The position numbers were made by a program, and so were the translations under genes. Below are positions 23,655-36,200 of a DNA stretch of 48,083 nt, one piece after another; within the stretch, counting starts at the first letter, position 1, and the number at the start of each line of letters is the position of its first letter. The notes under the pieces are model-generated. The model was not told where the DNA came from, did no database searches, and worked only from the letters and a program-made list of their open reading frames with translations. The DNA comes from Octopus sinensis (taxonomy: Eukaryota). Location of the stretch: assembly GCF_006345805.1 (NCBI RefSeq), contig NW_021834473.1:1-48083 (forward strand), read 5' to 3'.

Positions 23655-23840
23655 TAGAACGTTAGCCACTACACACATCTTTTTTTCTCTCCTTGTTTTT
23701 TTCTGTGTCCCTTTCTGTAGAAGAGCGTAGGCTCGAAACGTAAAATACTTATTCTATTCCTGGGCGTTATACTAATACATATGTTTGTTTTGTACACCAC
23801 CTGTCTTCGTCTTTTGTTTTTTTCGTAAACTTTCCCTATA
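23655..23840 (+). mobile_element. Diverged short hammerhead-type element (core CTGTAGA, 23711-23746)
   Basis: ttt-CTGTAGA-a-gagc-gtag-gctc-GAAA-c-GTA-aaa; downstream gcgtt..actaatac..tttgtt..cac resembles the 13978 element. Confidence 0.7.
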
Positions 23841-23934
23841 TATATATATATATATTATATATATATATATATAATATATAGATCCATATACATATATATA
23901 TGCATATATTTATATATTATTTATATTATATTTA

Positions 23935-23965
<31 letters not shown>

Positions 23966-24587
23966 TTATGGACACGCGACACGCAAGCAAGCAGCGTAAA
24001 GATATAAATCGATTCTGGAAAACTAATATTCTTCTAATGACGTCATATGTTTTAATCAATATTATTGGCCGATGAATTTAAAGTAATGCTAATTACTCAG
24101 CAGCTAGGAATATCTTGTGTCATAAAAATCCTTCTTTATTTTCAGACTCCCATATTCAACTCAAATAATTTGCTTTTACTAATGGATGTAACTTTACCAA
24201 CGTCACCAAATGGATTGTATTTCATGCGGATTATTTGAGACTATGGATTAATTTACAGCGAAGTCGGATATAATTCTAAATATAGAATACATAATGTTCG
24301 TTCATTCTTCGTTTGAATCTCTGCTTTATTTTATATTCCTCGTCAATGGATTATAATCAGTAAAGCGGTTGGTAGAAAATACCTTTAAGATTCTTAGTTG
24401 CTTATATCAATTCTAATTCTGATTCGACAATGCTGACGTTTTTCTTCTGTTTCTTCTTTATTGAAGCTCTAGTTTGCATCTTGAGAGGAAGCGACACAAG
24501 GCACGTGAACAGACGCATACGTACACACAAACATGTATATGTTTATACATGTGTGTGTGTGTGCTACCGTATCTTATTCCATAACTG

Positions 24588-24675
24588 CCATCCCTGAAGA
24601 GCGTAGGATTACATAATCGGGCTATGACGTAACAGTCCGTTTAACCTCTAATGCGAAACCAATCAGTAAGACTGG
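24588..24675 (+). ncRNA. Hammerhead-like motif, long stem II, imperfect stem I
   Basis: CTGAAGA(24594-24600)-gc...cgggct/agtccg...gc-GAAA(24655-24658)-c-caatca-GTA(24666-24668)-agactgg. Confidence 0.45.
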
Positions 24676-24706
24676 CCGAAAAGGATATATAATACTATAC
24701 TCTTCG

Positions 24707-24741
<35 letters not shown>

Positions 24742-24777
24742 CATATACATACATACATACATACATACATACATACA

Positions 24778-24809
<32 letters not shown>

Positions 24810-25133
24810 CTTACATACATATCCAATGCAAGGAAATAATCTCCTCTTATATATATTCTGAAAACCACGTATACAACTGATAAAACAACTTTCGAACAAC
24901 ACGAGCAAATGAACACGTGTATATAGACGAATGCATAGGAATTAAATGTACCCTGCTTATAGAATTGACGAATATGGGATTTTATATGTGAGAATGCAGC
25001 ACGGAATTTTGTCAGTGAACAACTCGCGGTCTCAAAGCGCCGAAAATATTTTGACAAATTAAATTTAAATGTTGAAATTTACCTAACGGATTTTGTGTCC
25101 CTTAAATGGCTTATAAACACATTCCACGCTGCA

Positions 25134-25223
<90 letters not shown>

Positions 25224-25319
25224 ATATATATATATATATATATGTATGTATATGTATATGTATATGCATATATATATGTGTGTGTATGCATGTATATGGA
25301 TGAATGGGTGAATGTGTGC

Positions 25320-25367
<48 letters not shown>

Positions 25368-25800
25368 TAATATATATATATATATTATATATATATATAT
25401 ATATATTTAGATAGATAGATAGATAGATAGATAGAGATAGATGGATAGACAGATAGATATACAAACGCACATTCATATGCATACCAAACTTTTAATTTAA
25501 GCGGAGGTGTGTCAAACTGTTGTTAAAAGTATAAGTGACTCTACAAAATTGTATGCTACATTCTTTCCTTTCGTCACTCAATCATGTATATACATACGTT
25601 CATACATACACACAAACACACACACACACATACTCACAAACACAACCACACAAACATACACATACACACACATACACACATATATATATATAATACACGT
25701 ATGTATATTCATATATATTTATGTATATAGATATAAGATATATGCATATATATATAGATATGTACATACACACACACTCATGCATTTATGTATGTGCATT

Positions 25801-25874
<74 letters not shown>

Positions 25875-25947
25875 GTATATATATGCATATATATACGTAT
25901 TACATACATGTACATTATAGATACATATATATATATATATATATATA

Positions 25948-25983
<36 letters not shown>

Positions 25984-27004
25984 ATTTTCCATACATATAG
26001 TCACGTGCATTGTATAAATGTCATTAAAATGTGAGAACGTGTGAGGTTTCGGTTGTTTATTAATTAATCTTTTCCTACGCTTGATAACCAATGCTGAAAT
26101 TTTAATTATGAAGTTTATCTTACGTTTCATTCAATACATTCCATTACCTAATGAAAAACATTCTCAATTTTCCATTAAATAGTATAAGATTGTTGAACGA
26201 TAGCCATAAGGTATCTCTATGTATCAGAAAGACAATAATTAAAAAAAATAAAATGCAGAACTCGTTATATATTGTTATGGTCCGTATCGACAAAATGTTA
26301 GAAAAATTCAGCATTGAATTATAATGGTTTGCGATGAGGCAGGAGATGGTCGACATATTTCGTGTTGAAATTTTCTTAAAGAGAGATAAAATGTTTACGT
26401 ATACTGAAAGTTTTATTTTTGTTCTTATTTAGAAGCAGATTATTAAATTTGGTGAGAAGGGGTTTTTCTATTCTAATCAGTGTGTCCCCCTGCTAAGAAG
26501 TTTAATTTACATGGTACAACTCTACTTAATCCTAAAATGTTATCGTGACAAATGTACAGGCTTGCAAAGTAGCTTAACTGACAAGGTACAATTCTACTTT
26601 AATTTAAATAAGAAAAGATTATATGCTATATCTAAGAAGGCGAAATTCTCTGCATCAACTGAATTTGTGATGCTGGTCGTTAAATTACAAATTCATTCAC
26701 AAAATGAAAAAAAATATTGAAGTAAGGAAAAGAAGTGTAAGGTTTCAGTGTACTTGACTGTAGGCGGTGAAATATTTGCTGATAGCGAAGAATGAAAGAT
26801 AGAGAAGGTTTAATACGCTACAAGGTCCCCTTCATTGTGGAAGTGTGGAGAATGGTTTGCCAAATGACTTTGAGAGCTATAATGGTGGAACTCCTGATAG
26901 GACCTCCCATGTTGGAACACGTCAAAGAATAGAGGCCAGATTAATATGGCCCAGCTTTTCTATGAGTTAAAAATTGGTTTCCGTAGAACGTACACCTCTA
27001 CATA

Positions 27005-27169
<165 letters not shown>

Positions 27170-27919
27170 AACAAAGCTATAGAAGCGTCGATGCCAATTC
27201 AAAACCAACAAGAACTGAGAAAAGAAAGCTTTCCTCGTAGAAAAGGACAGAATAAAGAGCGCAGCGTCGGCCAAAACGGAAGAAGGTCAAAAATTGCTTA
27301 TTCTCTATTGAGGGCGAAGGGCTTCGGTAAATAAAATCGTAAGAAAGGGCTAACAGATATATCAGATTATACTGCATTGTCTGTGTCGAAGAGTTCCCCA
27401 CGAAACGTAAAAATAATCCTCATCTTCGCGGCAACTACTTTTAATTAATTTATTCTGTTTTACGAAATTTATGCGTTATTAAAACAGGCCACTCATTATA
27501 GTGATTACTTTAATTTAAATTTACGACCGCTCTAGAAGTTGAAGACTTGAATGTATAATATTTGCTATGCACACCAGAAGGAAAGGCTAAAAAAAAATAT
27601 ATAATTTTCTATTCATTTGGCATTTAATTGGATTATTTCAGAAGAATAATTTTGTAAAATTCTTGGAGAAACAATATGCGATTGGGTTTTATGTACGGGG
27701 AAGAAATAACATTATGCGTTGTTTTTAGAGAATATAATTTATTACATTAAATGTGTTAATGATATTCAACGAACATTTTAATTCAATTTGTATTTTCGGT
27801 GTAATTAGAAATCTTCATTACGATTCTTTATTGTATTATAGTGGAGATTCATGTTTATTAATATCATGAGAATCAGTGGAACGTCAGATGAATTCGCTTG
27901 TGTAATTAATTCTTTCTGG

Positions 27920-28322
27920 TTTGACACAATACCAGCAATTTTGAGAAGAATTAAAAGTTGATTACTTCGATTCCAGTATTTTTATTATTACTTTATTTCA
28001 TCGACCTCGGTGAAACTTAAACTTAGAACGTAAGGAGCCCGATTGAAATGCCGTTAGGCATTTTGTCCGATACGCTAATGATTTTGCCGGGTCACCGCCT
28101 TCGATTTCAAACTTTCCTGCATGACCGGCAATTTTTTAGGGGATGGTGTATGTCGATTGCATGAACCCCGGTCCTCAATTGGGCCTTTATTTTATCGACC
28201 CCGAAAGGCTAAAAGGCAAAGGTGACCGCGACTGAATTTGAACTAACAACCTAAAAAGCCGGAAGACATGCTACTAAGCATTTTGTCCGACATCTAACAT
28301 TCATGAGCCAGCTCACCGCCTT
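27920..28322 (-). mobile_element. Two tandem SINE family B copies (27920-28101 and 28102-28322)
   Basis: Each ends in caccgcctt (the head on the minus strand) and carries the ttttatcgaccccgaaagg..aaaggcaaa core (partial in the first). Confidence 0.82.
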
Positions 28323-29627
28323 CTTGTGTTTTTTTTATAAAAATATTTCCCCTACTTCCGTGTAGCAAGAATTTCTTGGAAATGATTATAGAAATACTTC
28401 GGATCTATTAATATTCCACTCACCATCGAACCGTCCGTCCACAGGACCAAATTATGTAACTAACTAACAAATATTTCTTCATCTGGTTGCTTCACATTCT
28501 AGAAATAACAGCCAAATCTTCCTTAATTTATGCGCACTTTTTGAAAGAAAGAAAGATTGGAAATTAAATATATGGTCATAGATATTCTCTAAATGTTTGG
28601 TTGGTCATATTTAGAGCGCTTGTGATTGTAGATCTACAAGAATTAGATTGATAGGGAAGTAGACAAACACAACAGCAGCGAAGAAAAAAAAGGAACAATA
28701 TTTGCTGCGAGAAAACAGCAACAAAAACAAAAACAATAGCAACATCATCATCATCATCATCATCACCACCCGCAACATCAGCAACAAACGCAACAACAAC
28801 AACATCAATAAATCGATAACCTTATCAGCAAAAAACAAAAACAGAACAACGTTGACAACAACAACACAAACAAACAACATCAGCATCATCAACATGAAAA
28901 CAAATAAAAGCATAACATTAAAACGAAAAAAAATATTTTTATTGTTTATTTCGTATCGTGAACCAATCCGTAACGGATTTTGAGGTGCTTAGACACTTCT
29001 GTCTTATCTTAATCACTGAGATTAAATCGTTCAAAATCCGAGACATTTGATTATTTTAGGCAACAGTGACCCCCACGTAGAGGTTGTTTTCAAAATTCAT
29101 ATTCATTATAAGCCGCATAAAGCATAATAATATAATTCTGTCTATGAGACTGAATAATTTCAACTCGACTAAGCAAGGTTTTAAAGGGAAAGTTGCCGGA
29201 ATGAACTGAGATGATGAATTCAGTTAAATGATAATGATTAATAACCACGAGGTACCAGAGACAAACAAAAGGTTATGTCTTGGCTGAATGCTGTCAGTAG
29301 CAACACAGAAATGTTTATGAGAAATATTAAGTAATTGTATTATACAAAACCGAAAGACATTTACAGTAATTAATTTAAAGCATAGAAAATACAATAACTC
29401 TTTCGGAATGAAATGGTTAAGAATTTGGATAGAATCATTTGGCGAAGAATACAAGACGATAAGGAAGCACTCATTAGATAGACATGATTTAATTAATGGA
29501 TTAATCAAGCGAGAATTGGCTGCTCACATGATCACTTTTTTTTTATTTATGTACTGTCTCAGGGGAAAGGGTGAAGAAAACCATAAATAATGCTTTAATG
29601 GAATATGAACCAGCTTATCAAAATATC

Positions 29628-29885
29628 GTGGAGGCGCATGGCTTAGTAGTTAGGGTGTCAGCATCATGATCGTAAGATTGTAGTTTCGATTCCTGGACCG
29701 GGCGACTCGTTGTGTTCTTGAGCAAAACATTTCATTTCACGTCGCTCTAGTCCACTCAGCTGGCAAAAATGAGTAACGCTGCGATGGAGTGGCGTCCAGC
29801 TGGGGAACACATACGCCATAGAAACCGGGAAACCGGGCCCATGAACCTGGCTAGGCTTTAAAAGGGCACATTTATTTTTTATTAT
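29628..29885 (+). mobile_element. SINE family C (tRNA head, V-SINE-like ctgcgatgga.tggcg..ccag motif) with a 13-bp target-site duplication
   Basis: TGGCTTAGTAGTTAGG (A box), GTTTCGATTCC (B box); identical TTATCAAAATATC at 29615-29627 and 29886-29898. Confidence 0.9.
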
Positions 29886-30724
29886 TTATCAAAATATCAC
29901 AGTTTCAATTTTCGGTCTAGGGGACAGGCTTGAATGCTGATGGAGAGTGGGCACCGTAAAAATAATCTAAAAGCCATGATGTGATGTTAGCGCGGTAGAC
30001 AACCTAAACCTAACCCTGTAATAATTATCCATTGTGAGGCAAGGATTCAGGAAATCCGACGCGCAGTGAACTTCTAATTTTCAGTATAATTGTAAATATG
30101 AAATAATTTCAGATTTCCTTAATTGTACTATAGTATAAACATAGGCTACAAGTAAATTGTATATTTAATTGTTGATTTATAACTTTGTTTAATTTTAAGT
30201 CTCAGATAATTAGTAACATTCATCAATTAAAATAACATCTTTCCAGATATTAATTGAGCTGGAAATAAAATCTACTGAGCATACAGACTAAAGCATACAC
30301 GTTACTATAAAGTTCAACTCACCGGTCTTATTCTACTAATTAGTCACCAGAGATTTGTTAAATATCTAAACGGAAACGTCCAGATGATTAATATTATTTA
30401 CATCTATATCACTTTTGACAGCATCCAAATCTTTGGATAAGGTTTATGTAAAACAAATTATCAAGAATGTATTTATTTGGAAACATAATATGATCTGTGT
30501 ACGTACACCGACCAATAAATCGCCTACACATTCCTAATTCTGTTCAATAAAATCCTGAGAACTTTATTAAACAAATCTTTCTCAAAAGTTATATATATAT
30601 GAATACGTCATATCCCATCATATCATATCACATTACATATATGTATATATATATATATATATATATCATCTATCCAACTATATATTTCTCTCCCCCCTTC
30701 TCTCTCTCCCTCTCTCTCTTTGTG

Positions 30725-30766
<42 letters not shown>

Positions 30767-31002
30767 GAGTGAAAACGCGAAAAGAGCAAGATGTGAGAAG
30801 CAAAGAACTAAAATAGCTTCGAATGGGTTATAGCTGCGAGTTACATAATTAACTTCGACACAGTAATATATTATCAATATGTTCACACATATATGACTGC
30901 GAGCTAGCACAAGCGTTAGCAGGCCGAGCAGGATGCTTAGCGGCATTTTGGCTGTCTTAATAAAAATGAAAGCAATACTTACACATATATATATGTATGT
31001 GT

Positions 31003-31135
<133 letters not shown>

Positions 31136-31265
31136 TATATATATATATACACTGCAAATTTAGAGTCAATACTTGATAAGTGTAAGCACCTGTACATGCC
31201 AACTAGTGGCAGAGGTGAGGGGGAATATATCAAATAAAATAAAAAAACAGAACACAAAGGATGTC

Positions 31266-31354
31266 GCAGTACACGTGTTTCAAGCTTTATAAACGACCTG
31301 TTCTTACATCAGTGTATAATAGATATAAGCTGGTTTAAAGCTCTCTTCAGCCGC
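31266..31354 (-). ncRNA. Type I hammerhead ribozyme, intact
   Basis: Minus strand: gcgg-CTGAAGA-gagcttta...taaagctt-GAAA-c-acgt-GTA-ctgc; stem I 4 bp, stem II 8 bp, palindromic ACACGTGT stem III. Confidence 0.85.
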
Positions 31355-31446
31355 ATGCATTGTTATACACACGCACACAATCACACACACACACACACAC
31401 ACATACACACATATATATTATTGAATTGATGAAATTTGTTTTTCTA

Positions 31447-31506
<60 letters not shown>

Positions 31507-32131
31507 TGTGTGTGTGTGTTTTGTGTGTGAGTGTGTGTGTGTGTGTGTATTTGTACGTATTTATATATGTATGTATTTGCTTGAGCAGGGATTATGTTTC
31601 TCAGTTCAAATTTCCAATAAGCTGATTTATGAATATATATTCTCCTAACATATCCTTCTTTGCGGCAGGGACACTGACAGACAAAACAAGATCTAACATC
31701 TGAGTTCAATTGAGCTACAATATACATTTTCAGTGAACATTTTTATCTCCTCACCAGGTATGATTAGCTGTTAGTTCTGCTACGTGAGGTTTGTCTGCCT
31801 GCAAACTAGTTTTGGTTTGAAGGTGGTAGCGTTGCCTGTTTCTATGCTTTCACTCGAGCATAATCTGCAGACGTTGTTAGTAACAATTCAACTATGAAAA
31901 CACATGAAACTTCAGAACTATTAGAAAAGGCAGTTAAATATTTGGAACTATTAGAAGTCGCTCTTAAATCTACTTCATATCAAACATCTTACGGTAATGA
32001 CAAAATTTAACCTAAGTATTACTTGAATCCAGAGCGTCAAGGATAAGAACTATTATTACACACCTTTGCTCCGATGCTCTACGACTTATTAACTAACTTC
32101 TGAATAAACTAGCTATCTATTTATTCATCGG

Positions 32132-32136
<5 letters not shown>

Positions 32137-32196
<60 letters not shown>
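32137..32196. repeat. (TATC)n tetranucleotide repeat
   Basis: Directly visible; (GATA)n also at about 25408-25460 and 34745-34808. Confidence 0.95.
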
Positions 32197-32197
<1 letters not shown>

Positions 32198-32523
32198 GTA
32201 ACATTATTGACCGAGGTTACCGTGGTCTTTTCCGTTGGCTTTTCTTCCCACGAATAAACCTTATCTGCTTCCCCCTTTACACTTTACATCATGACACTGT
32301 GATACACGATCCCTTTTGATCGTTTTTTCCCCTTTTTCTCTCTTTTCCCTTTTTCCTTTTTTTCTTATTTCCCTTTTACGATCCCTTTTGATCGAAAACC
32401 TACCCCACCCTTTTTTCTCTCCCCAAAGAAAAGCTCTACTTTGTAATCTGTCCCGTCTGTGTGCAAACCTGTGTTGCTAATAAAGAAACATATCTATCTG
32501 CTTATCTATGTATCTGCCTCTCT

Positions 32524-32630
32524 GTCTTTACAGACATACCACGTTGGAAGTACTGGTTCTCGTTCCTTCTAATTCGAGCCGAGTTAGTACTTAGATGGGT
32601 GACCGCTTGGGAAACATAGGTGCTGTAAGT
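32524..32630 (+). pseudogene. 5S rRNA pseudogene with an internal deletion
   Basis: catacca cgttg...ggttctcgt ... agttagtactt.gatgggtgaccgc.tgggaa.....gtgctgta matches metazoan 5S rRNA; the box A region (cgatc..cgaagttaagc) is missing or degraded. Confidence 0.85.
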
Positions 32631-32644
32631 GTCACACATTTATA

Positions 32645-33060
32645 GGCGTAGGAGTGGCTGTGTTTTAAGTAGCTTGCCTACGAACCACATGGTTCCGAGA
32701 TCAGTCCCACTGCGTGGCACCTTGGGCAGGTGTCGTCTACTATAGCGTCGGGCCGAGCAAAGCCTTGTGAATGGATTTGGTAGACGGAAACTGAAAGAAG
32801 CCCGTCGTATATATGTATATATATATGTATGTGTGTGTTTGTATATGTTTGTGTGTCTGTGTTTGCCCCCCCCCAACATCGCTTGACAACCGATGCTGGT
32901 GTGTCTACGTCCCCCGAACATAGCGGTTCGACAAAAGACACCGATAGATTAAGTACAAGGCTTACAAAGACTAAGTCCTGGGGTCGATTTCCCCGACTAA
33001 AAGGTGGTGCCCCATCATGGCCACAGTCATATGACTGAAATAAGTAAAAGATTAAATGAG
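32645..33060 (+). mobile_element. SINE family A, full-length (gcttgcctac variant)
   Basis: Head and tail homologous to 16876. Confidence 0.92.
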
Positions 33061-33064
33061 TATA

Positions 33065-33275
33065 TACTTATGTGACTGCGTGTGTATCGTTTGCGATTTT
33101 CCCTCCGTCTTCCCTTCTTTGGATCTTTCCTTTTCCTGTTTCTGACGAAGAGCTCCGCTCGAAACGTTAACTCTTCCTTCTTCCCTTCCTTCCTGAGCGT
33201 CCAACAACACTGTACTTGTTCCACGTCCTCGTGTTGTGTTTTCTCTTTGTGTTTTCATGTTTGGATTAACTATAT
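33065..33275 (+). mobile_element. Short hammerhead-bearing element joined to a SINE A tail (hammerhead 33138-33171)
   Basis: gttt-CTGACGA-a-gagctccgctc-GAAA-c-GTT-aac; core intact, stem I only about 2 bp in register. Confidence 0.85.
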
Positions 33276-33496
33276 ATATATAGGGGTGGTGTGAACGAAC
33301 ATAACACTGGTATTTATGGCTGTCATACCAAGAGTAGGCCTTCCGTATTTTCCTTTTTGTCCTTTCTATAGTGTTCCATGACTTATTCCTATAGAGTGGG
33401 CTAAACTGGCAAAATGACCATTCCGAAATATAACAATATCTGTTTCAATACACCACTTCACATAAAAAAAATCTTGCACAACAAATATATAAATAT

Positions 33497-34680
33497 ACTA
33501 GCATTAAAGACCCGTCGTTGCCGGGTCATAGTGCTAGTGCATGTATATATGTGTATATATATGTGTATATATATGTGTATATATTACATGTACATCTATA
33601 TATATACATCTACACATAAAATACAAAATACAAAGTTATATCTTGATATCACTAGTGATAACAATACTCAAAATATATAACAGACTGGAACTGTTAGCCT
33701 GTCTCTTGTAATTTCGATCAATTGTATTTTGTTCTCCCTCTTGTATAGAAGTGTGGCTACAATCCAGCCTACCTCTACTTCTGGGGGAAGGGGGGATTTT
33801 AAATCTTTTTCCGGGACATCCTACGTCCCAGATATAAAGATAAAAAGAAAATATTTCCACTTTGCAAGTTCGAGTCGGGTACTCCCTTGCACGCTCCGTT
33901 GACTCGAACCTTGCTTCTATTGTAGCGAATTTACCGTCTCTGATTAGATATCTTTCATAGTCCAGCCAAGACACTTTTCGAAGGTGCTTTCCTCCATGTG
34001 TTCAAATCTTCTTTTTTCTCTATATTGTATACTTTATGGACAATAGTCTTTTCTTTAATTTAATTTTTTATTATCCATCTGGACTATTCCATTTCTGCAC
34101 GCTAATTTTAATTTTAATTTATTCCCATTCATGTGAAACCACTTATTCAAGTTCAAATCATTGATGCAAATTTTATACCAATTGCTATTTTTACTTTTGT
34201 TATGTTACGATTATATTATACTTTAGTTTGATTTTAATTACTACTTACTACATATAATTCAATTGTTATAATTATTTTTATTGTTAAAGTGAAAGCATCT
34301 GACATAAAATAGAGAAATATTTTTGTTTCACTTTTAACACGTAATACTGAAATAGTGGAGAAGATATGATATTGCCATGGGATCGTTCTAGGCAAGAAGT
34401 TGAACATTTTTTTGCCCATGAAACTACATGGACCCTAAATAAGGTATGTGTAAAATTTGAATAAAATTGGTTGTGTAGTTTTAGGGAATCGTAGTGGAGA
34501 AGATATGATACTGCTGTGGGCTCGACCTAGGCGAAAAGTTAAAATCTTTTTGCCGATGACACTCCCCAGACCCTAAGTAAGGCATGTGTAAAATTTGAAT
34601 GAAATTGGTTGTGTAGTTCTCAAGTTTTAGGGAAACACACAGACAGACAGACAGACAGACATTCTCAGTTTTATGTATAT
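33497..34680 (+). mobile_element. Non-autonomous Helitron/Helentron-like element with an internal 139-bp tandem duplication
   Basis: 5' actagca..gacccg/cgggtc..gtgctagt hairpin; 3' gtgtaaaatttgaatgaaattggttgtgtagtt...(CAGA)n-cattctcagttttat. This architecture resembles HINE/DINE-1-like elements as I recall them. Repeat units start at 34353 and 34492. Confidence 0.65.
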
Positions 34681-34698
34681 AAATACATATATATATAT

Positions 34699-34746
<48 letters not shown>

Positions 34747-34761
34747 TAGATAGATAGATAG

Positions 34762-34809
<48 letters not shown>

Positions 34810-34980
34810 CGTATTGAAAAGGATTTAAGGGTACCTTGATTTACGTAAATTTATATGTGCAAAGCTTAAACAAAATTTATGAACAACGTTGATTGTAGAT
34901 CACGTGAGTCGAAGGACGGATTGGTGTTAAACAATTTTCTGAAGATAAACATCATGGTCACTCGCAACAAATGCAGTATA

Positions 34981-35552
34981 GGCGCAGGAGTGGCTGTGTG
35001 GTAGATAGCTTGCCTACAACCCACATAGTTCCGGGTTCAGTCCCACTGTGTGGCACCTTGGGCAAGTGTCTTCTACTATAGCCTCGGGCCGACCAAAACC
35101 TTGTGAGTGAATTTGGTAGGCGGAAACTGGAAGAAGCCCTTCCTATATGTATATATAGGTATATGTATATGTATGTATATGTTTGTGCGTCTGTGCTCCA
35201 GCATGGCTACAGTCAAATGACTGAAACAAGTAAAATATTAAAAGAGTATACACTTACGTGACCGCGTGTGTATCGTTGGCGGTTTTTTCCTCCGTCTTCC
35301 CATCCTTGGATCTTTCCTTTTCCTATGTTTCTGACGAAGAGTTCCATCTGTGTTTGCCCCCCCCCCCCCACATCACTTGACAACCGATGCTGGTGTGCTT
35401 ACGTCCCCGTAACTTAGCGGTCCGGCAATAGAGACCGATAGAATAAGTACTAGGGTTACAAAGAATAAACTCTGGGGTCGATTTGCTCGACTAAAGGCGG
35501 TGCTCCAGTATGGCCGCAGTCAAATGACTGAAACAAGTAAATGAGTAAAAGA
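34981..35552 (+). mobile_element. Rearranged SINE A composite: head, short tail, truncated hammerhead element (35250-35345), second tail (35348-35552)
   Basis: Segments individually match 16876 and 13978; the hammerhead is cut off after CTGACGAagag (35331). Confidence 0.85.
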
Positions 35553-36039
35553 CTATTAAAGAATCTCATTTTCTAATACATTTGTAATTATATTTCATAT
35601 GACAATGTTACTTAGTGTTCTGTACTTTTAAGTTATGTTGTATTTGTTAGAACTAAGCCACCTCCGCTCTGGCACTAATTGAAATTTCTGAAGGTGACCT
35701 TTCTTATCAGCTGCAAAATAATTGTTTTGTCTGTGTTACCACATCCCTTGTAGCAACGCAGTTTTGCTGATTCGATGTTTCTGATTGAATCATTAATATT
35801 AGTTCACCTTTGCGTATTCGAGACGATAATGATCCTAGAAAAAATGAACTCAAACTAGCTTATTAAAGTCAATATTCGAAATACAGACAGAGTCGAAGAA
35901 ATCTGACATAGGCATAAATCTGCTTTGGCAAGAATAAGACGAAGCCGAACATATGTAAATGCCGTATGGAAGTAGAGGATTCTAAATAATATTTTTTGTC
36001 TGGATTGAGAAGAGAGAAAAATGGCAAAAAACAAAGGAC

Positions 36040-36200
36040 ATGAAAATTCTGTGTTGTTAGAAAGGAATCGAGGTCATAAAGATTTGTTACATAGACAGGT
36101 CGCCAGGAGTGTTCATACGAAGGATTATACGGAGCCGATTATATCGGTGAGACATGTCGAAGTACAACACCGTCTTTCTAGAAACTGATGGACCGGAATT
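36040..36200 (+). mobile_element. Possible decayed GIY-YIG (PLE) fragment
   Basis: Only DYIGETCRS (YIGET at 36140-36154) is recognisable; surrounded by stops. Confidence 0.28.
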
